Positions 59,152 through 64,000 of a stretch of 64,000 bases of DNA are shown piece after piece (the first letter of the stretch is position 1; each line of letters starts with the position of its first letter). Where the stretch lies: NCBI GenBank assembly GCA_910577875.1, contig CAJTNY010000006.1, positions 397 through 64,396 of the forward strand, given 5' to 3'. Made by a program: the position numbers and the translations under genes. Under the pieces are notes generated by a model. That model had not been told where the DNA came from. It was given only the letters and a program-made list of their open reading frames with translations, and searched no databases. The stretch comes from an uncultured Christensenella sp. (GTDB lineage: Bacteria > Bacillota > Clostridia > Christensenellales > Borkfalkiaceae).

Positions 59152-62100
59152 ATGGTCGTTAAAAGACAAAAGAAAATTGAAGAACAAATGTTATTTGATA
59201 ATGCTCCAGTTGAAAGCGATGATTACGAAATCGAAGCGCAAATTTTGGATGCACAGGTGAAAAAGCAGAACGTTACAAATATAGGCGTTGTGGCAACTTA
59301 TGGTGCGGGTAAAAGCAGTGCTATTAATACTTATTTAAAAAGATATAGAAAAAAAGGGATATGCCAACCCAAACATGTACAGATTTCTTTAGCTGATTTT
59401 AATAAAGACGAAATCGATGCTAATAATGAAAATAATAATTACAGCGAGAATGCCATTGAAAGAAGTATCTTGCAACAATTATTTTATAGTCAAAAAAGAT
59501 ATAATTTACCGAAATCAAGTATTAATAGGACGAACAAGTCAAGTTGGTTGTTAACAACTGGTTGTGCGTTATTGTCTATAATTTTTATATTATCTGTTAT
59601 TGTATTATCCTTTGAAATAAGCGGTAACGGTTTATTTAATGTTAACAATTCTTCAATTGTTAATTCTATTGCAAGTTGCGTTGCAACGATTTCTTTAGTG
59701 GTCGCAATTATTTGTTTAGCTAAATTTGGATATCTAAAGAAAGTAAAGTACAAAGATTTAGAGATAGCTATTGATGAGAAAGGTAATGTTCCCCAAGATT
59801 ATTCGTTATTTAACAATTTTATTAATGAGGTGCTTTACTTTTTTGAGTGCATTAATGTCGATTTAGTTATATTTGAAGATTTAGACCGTTTAGATAATTT
59901 AAAAATATTTGTTAAACTTAGAGAGTTAAATACTATTATTAATAATAGTCCGAGAAAAGCAAATAAAGTTACGTTTATTTATGCAGTAAAAGATTCGATG
60001 TTTAAGGATGAAAATCAGAGAGCAAAATTTTTTGAATTTATTTTGCCTATAATTCCTGTAATTAATCCTGTAACTTCTTTTGATAATATCGATAAAATGC
60101 ATAAGCAGTTAGCTACTTTAGATTCTTCATTAAAATTGTCAGAACAATTTTTAAAAGATATTTCATTTTATGTTTCTGATATGCGAGTGCTTAAAAACAC
60201 ATTCAATGATTATGTTATTATGGTAAATAAATTATCGGAAAATTTAGATAATAAATTGCCGTTAAAGAAAGAGAATTTATTTGCTTTGGCTTTATATAAA
60301 AACTTATATCCCTATGACTACTCGAGATTGCAGAAGAATGAGGGATTAATACCACTATGCATAGAAAAAGATAAATTAATAGAGTATTACAAAACAGATA
60401 TTGTAAATCGAATTAATGACCTTGAAAGCGAGAAAAAAAGGATTGATAGTGAATTTTTAAAAGATTTTGAAGATTTAAAATTGATATTTAAAGGTCAACA
60501 TTTTTCTTGTAATACATTAAGCAAATATGGTATTGAATATGTTGACAATATAAATACGTTTGAAGGTATAAACTTTCTTCGTCATCCGGTTCATACGGGA
60601 TATGCGGTTCAAGTTCAAAATTTGCCTAATGGTGAATCTTATTTTGAAAGAGAGAAAATTATTAAAGATAAAACAAATGAAAGATTAGCCGAGATAGATA
60701 ATGAAATCAGAGAATGCAAAAGTAAAATTGAAGAAATAGAGATAAAAACTTTTAATTCTTTATTGAAAGATTATGGAATTGAAAAATATTTTTCGGAGGA
60801 AAATTTAGCAAAAATAAAAGCAGATTATAAAGAATTAATTGCAAATGAGCTGTTTAAAGGACAAGCGAAAGAAAAATTATTTAATGATGAAAATGAGAAA
60901 AGATTCGATTTGCAATCGGATTTTATAAGAATGCTGATACATAAAAATTATTTGGATGAAAATTATTTGGAATACACATCAAATAATATATCTGATTTGT
61001 CATTAAATGACAGAGAATTTATTCGTAACGTAAAACAAGGTTATGTTAGAACTTACAATTACAAATTGGATAATGTAAAGGCAGTAATTATCAGTTTGAA
61101 TGAAGAAGATTTCTTGCAACCTGCGGTATTGATTAAAGATATATGTTTATCATTAAGCAAAATACAAGCATTAGATTTTAATAACAAAAATAAATTCGAG
61201 AATATAATGTCATTATTAGCTACGGGTAGTAAGCTCGTGGTTAATGCCGTAATTGAATTTTTAAATGTTTCAAATAATGAAGAAAAAGCAGCTTTCTCGA
61301 AATATATTGCGGAATATTCTTCGGAACTTATTAAACCTCTATTTTTAAAAGATATAAGCAAAGTTGATAAAGATATTTTTATAAAAACGCTTATCAAAAA
61401 TAATAAGATTGATATATTGCAAAAGAAGGTAATTAAAAATTATATTCAGGAACATACGAAATATCTGCAATTATTTGATGATTTAAACTCATCAAGAGTA
61501 TGTGATTTGATAAATGTTTTAAATTTACAGTTTAATTTAATAGACTTAACTAATGGCAAAGATGAAGTTTATAAATTTATTGTTAATAGTGGGAATTACA
61601 ATCTTACAGTGGACAACCTAAAGATTATATTGGATATCAATGAGTCAAACATATTTGATTTTGAAGAGAAGAACTTTTCTTTTATTCCGGATAGCGGCAA
61701 TGATAGTTTAATTAATAAAATAAATCATAACTTGTCTGATTATTTAAATAACGTTTTTATTAAATTGCCTAATAGTAATGAATCAGAGAAGGTGTTTAAA
61801 GCATTTTTATTAAATAAAAAATTAGATAAAGAAACTAAATTAAAACTAATAAAACATTCTAAAGTAAAAATAGAAAATATTAAAGATTTAGATGAACAAC
61901 TTTATGAAGATTTACTTATTGCAAACAAAATTGAAGCATTATGGACGAATATTTTTTCAGTATATAAAATCAGTCAGTATAGGAATTCATTAAAAGAATA
62001 TATATCGTTGAATAACGGAAAAATAAATGGTTCATATGCTAAACAAGATATAAATTTGCTAATAGATTTATTTAATTACTTATTAGCAGCGAATTTATCA

Positions 62101-62763
62101 GAAGAAATATATTCAAATTTAGCTAAGTCAATAGATATTCATTTTACAATGACAAGTGCTTATGCAAAGAATGAAAATTGCAAACAATTTGTATTAAATG
62201 GCTGTTTCATATACAATGTAAACGATATGTCTTTAATGTCAAATACTCATAATATGTTTCCTTATTTGATATGCCATCAAGATGAAATATTAAAAGCAAT
62301 GAGTCAATTTTTTAGAGGGCACACATTTGAAGCTTCATATATGAAAGCAATAATTGATGACAAAGATTTAAGGACTGAATTTAAAAAAGAATTTGTTTTT
62401 AAATGCGGAGATTCATTAGTTGATTTAGTCGGCATAGAAACAAAACTTGCACAATTTATTGTAGATAGCAACTGCAATATGACTGAAAAACTTTTGTATA
62501 AATTTACAGATGTAAATATTGATGAATCATTGAAAGTTGAGTTGTTATCAATTGCTGTAAATCAAAATATAATAACAAACTTTAATAGTTTTAAAAGTTA
62601 TTTCACTTCTATTTCTGAAGATTATGCCGAACTGTGGAACGAGTCAAGGAAGACTATTTTGGAAGATACTCCTAAAATAAGGTCTATAGCGAATTATATG
62701 AAAGAAAAGGACATTGCTACATATACACCGAGAAAAGGTAAATTATATTTGCGGTGTTCGTAG
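59152..62763 (+). CDS. Giant KAP-family (YobI-like) P-loop NTPase with two transmembrane helices inserted in the NTPase domain
   Basis: Walker A GVVATYGAGKSS, two hydrophobic helices (residues about 130-195), Walker B LVIFEDLDRLDN, then about 900 aa of K/N/I/L-rich helical sequence. Strongly AT-rich. Weak RBS; ATG at 59188 is an alternative start. Confidence 0.8.
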   Translation: MVVKRQKKIEEQMLFDNAPVESDDYEIEAQILDAQVKKQNVTNIGVVATYGAGKSSAINTYLKRYRKKGICQPKHVQISLADFNKDEIDANNENNNYSENAIERSILQQLFYSQKRYNLPKSSINRTNKSSWLLTTGCALLSIIFILSVIVLSFEISGNGLFNVNNSSIVNSIASCVATISLVVAIICLAKFGYLKKVKYKDLEIAIDEKGNVPQDYSLFNNFINEVLYFFECINVDLVIFEDLDRLDNLKIFVKLRELNTIINNSPRKANKVTFIYAVKDSMFKDENQRAKFFEFILPIIPVINPVTSFDNIDKMHKQLATLDSSLKLSEQFLKDISFYVSDMRVLKNTFNDYVIMVNKLSENLDNKLPLKKENLFALALYKNLYPYDYSRLQKNEGLIPLCIEKDKLIEYYKTDIVNRINDLESEKKRIDSEFLKDFEDLKLIFKGQHFSCNTLSKYGIEYVDNINTFEGINFLRHPVHTGYAVQVQNLPNGESYFEREKIIKDKTNERLAEIDNEIRECKSKIEEIEIKTFNSLLKDYGIEKYFSEENLAKIKADYKELIANELFKGQAKEKLFNDENEKRFDLQSDFIRMLIHKNYLDENYLEYTSNNISDLSLNDREFIRNVKQGYVRTYNYKLDNVKAVIISLNEEDFLQPAVLIKDICLSLSKIQALDFNNKNKFENIMSLLATGSKLVVNAVIEFLNVSNNEEKAAFSKYIAEYSSELIKPLFLKDISKVDKDIFIKTLIKNNKIDILQKKVIKNYIQEHTKYLQLFDDLNSSRVCDLINVLNLQFNLIDLTNGKDEVYKFIVNSGNYNLTVDNLKIILDINESNIFDFEEKNFSFIPDSGNDSLINKINHNLSDYLNNVFIKLPNSNESEKVFKAFLLNKKLDKETKLKLIKHSKVKIENIKDLDEQLYEDLLIANKIEALWTNIFSVYKISQYRNSLKEYISLNNGKINGSYAKQDINLLIDLFNYLLAANLSEEIYSNLAKSIDIHFTMTSAYAKNENCKQFVLNGCFIYNVNDMSLMSNTHNMFPYLICHQDEILKAMSQFFRGHTFEASYMKAIIDDKDLRTEFKKEFVFKCGDSLVDLVGIETKLAQFIVDSNCNMTEKLLYKFTDVNIDESLKVELLSIAVNQNIITNFNSFKSYFTSISEDYAELWNESRKTILEDTPKIRSIANYMKEKDIATYTPRKGKLYLRCS

Positions 62764-62834
62764 AAAATATTTTATTTCCAATTTAAAAAATAGAGTGGAA
62801 ACAAAGTCTATGGAATAACAATACAATTGTTCAT

Positions 62835-62863
62835 TTGACATTTTGGTTTTCATTTCGTATAAT
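62835..62863 (+). promoter_or_regulatory. Perfect consensus sigma-A promoter
   Basis: TTGACA - 17 nt - TATAAT, 34 nt upstream of the zinc-ribbon ORF. Confidence 0.65.
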
Positions 62864-62897
62864 GTTTCAGTCAAATATTTGATTTGGAGATAACGAT

Positions 62898-63059
62898 ATG
62901 CTATATTCGGTAAAATGTCCGAATTGCGGAGCCGAGCAGAAAGGACTTGATTTGAAAGAAACCAACGGTTCGGTAGTATGTTCAGAGTGCGAAATGCAAT
63001 TCAAAGTCAAAGTGGAAGAAAAGAAAGAAGCAATACAACAAGCAGATACGGCGGAGTAA
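62898..63059 (+). CDS. 53-aa zinc-ribbon protein (not in ORF track, below size cutoff)
   Basis: GGAGA RBS 7 nt upstream. CPNC ... CSEC pairs 17 residues apart. Its own promoter and terminator. Confidence 0.55.
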   Translation: MLYSVKCPNCGAEQKGLDLKETNGSVVCSECEMQFKVKVEEKKEAIQQADTAE

Positions 63060-63075
63060 ATCCGCCGTTATTTTT
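63048..63075 (+). terminator. Intrinsic terminator after the zinc-ribbon ORF
   Basis: ACGGCGGA-gtaaa-TCCGCCGT followed by TATTTTT. The stop codon lies in the loop. Confidence 0.6.
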
Positions 63076-63100
63076 GTTTAAAAAAGTAAATACTAAACAT

Positions 63101-63364
63101 ATGGTAAATTACGAAAAGGTTTACGTTGCGGTGTATCTCAAAATTAACACGGACGGAATTATGAAGCCTGTGGCAATCGAATGGACGGACGGAGCGCGGT
63201 ATGATATAGATAAAATCATAGACGAACGCAACGCTCCGCCGGAACATACAGGAGGAGTGCTTACAAGAAGGTATAAGGTAATAATCAAGGGCAGAGAAAA
63301 GATTATTTATTTAGATAAACAGACGAACAGATGGTTCGTGGAAAGGTTTACGGGGCAGTCGTAA
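63101..63364 (+). CDS. Small conserved-looking protein preceding the Y-family polymerase
   Basis: The track ORF (62978-63364) overlaps the zinc-ribbon gene and its terminator, so a later start is needed. ATG 63101 has no RBS. ATG 63161 (MKPVAIEWTDG...) has GGACGGA upstream. Ends ...NRWFVERF. Confidence 0.5.
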   Translation: MVNYEKVYVAVYLKINTDGIMKPVAIEWTDGARYDIDKIIDERNAPPEHTGGVLTRRYKVIIKGREKIIYLDKQTNRWFVERFTGQS

Positions 63365-63392
63365 GCCTTTTTATTTTGCGCATAATAACCTT

Positions 63393-64000
63393 ATGCGGAC
63401 AATTCTTCACAGCGATTTAAATAACTTTTACGCTTCGGTCGAGTGTTTGAGAAACCCCGAAATACGCGATAGTCCCGTCGTCGTGGTCGGTAGTAAAGAA
63501 GACAGACACGGTATAGTTTTGGCGAAGAATATGATAGCCAAAAATTTCGGTGTAAAGACGGGCGACGTGTATTGGGAAGCCAAGCAAAAGTGTGGTAATA
63601 CGCTTATAGAAGTACCGGCAGATTTTATTACTTATCTTAACGTATCAAGAGAAGTCCGCGCTATCTACGAGGACTACACGGACAGAATAGAAGCCTACGG
63701 CATAGACGAATGTTGGTTGGACGTAACCAAGAGTGTGAAAGCTTTCGGTGGTGGCAAAGAGATTGCCGAAACTATAAGAGAAAGGATAAAACAAGAAATA
63801 GGACTTACTGTAAGCATAGGTGTGAGCTGGAACAAGATATTCGCAAAGCTCGGCTCTGATATGAAAAAGCCCGACGCAGTGACAGAAATTACACCCGAAA
63901 ACTATAAACTAAAAGTATGGACTTTACCCGTGGAAGATTTGCTTTACGTTGGTAAGGCAACGCAGCAAAAACTTAACCGCATGGGCATTAAGACGATAGG
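63393..64000 (+). CDS. Y-family DNA polymerase (DinB/UmuC-like), 3' end beyond window
   Basis: MRTILHSDLNNFYASVE (catalytic Asp context), then YGIDECWLDV and SIGVSWNKIFAKLGSD motifs. The open frame runs to the window end. Confidence 0.9.
   Translation, partial: MRTILHSDLNNFYASVECLRNPEIRDSPVVVVGSKEDRHGIVLAKNMIAKNFGVKTGDVYWEAKQKCGNTLIEVPADFITYLNVSREVRAIYEDYTDRIEAYGIDECWLDVTKSVKAFGGGKEIAETIRERIKQEIGLTVSIGVSWNKIFAKLGSDMKKPDAVTEITPENYKLKVWTLPVEDLLYVGKATQQKLNRMGIKTI

Noticed and set aside
62978-63100. N-terminal 41 codons of track ORF 62978-63364
   Set aside because: This stretch overlaps the zinc-ribbon CDS in another frame and runs through its terminator hairpin. Later starts (63101 or 63161) are more plausible.

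Overview
This 64-kb window looks like chromosome from a low-GC Gram-positive bacterium (Bacillota, Clostridia-like), judged from spoVG, ftsK/spoIIIE, RNase Y and the cinA-recA and mutS-mutL-miaA gene orders. About 90 percent is densely packed core genes. These are queC-queF, tRNA-Arg(CCT), rpsT and murI, then a dcw cluster (mraZ-rsmH-ftsL-like-PBP-murE-mraY-murD-ftsW-murA-divIB-ftsA-ftsZ), then spoVG, murC, ilvC, ftsK, rimO-pgsA-cinA-recA, nadE and rny. They continue with carA-carB-nifS-thiI, a class A PBP, miaB-mutS-mutL-miaA-ynbB-like, a GNAT, groES-groEL and comEB-ppiB-purB. I found no rRNA, CRISPR array, transposase or integrase. The best candidate for something new is a clearly AT-rich block at about 58.1-62.8 kb, between purB and a Y-family polymerase module. 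It holds one 1203-codon ORF with the signature of a membrane-inserted KAP/YobI-like P-loop NTPase. Upstream of it lie decayed gene fragments (a lipoprotein and an Rx4H HEPN-like remnant) and a 660-bp ORF-free spacer rich in hairpins. Other notable points: (1) carB is fused in frame to a DapF-like domain that lacks the first catalytic Cys; (2) a Cass2/GyrI-like gene is bracketed by about 40-bp inverted repeats; (3) carA has a uORF-plus-terminator leader; (4) there is a membrane-anchored PadR-like regulator; (5) a 26-bp perfect palindrome and a tRNA-Arg remnant lie next to the tRNA; (6) miaB may be leaderless; (7) groESL has no CIRCE element. All calls come from reading the ORF translations and the DNA by eye. 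No database search was run.
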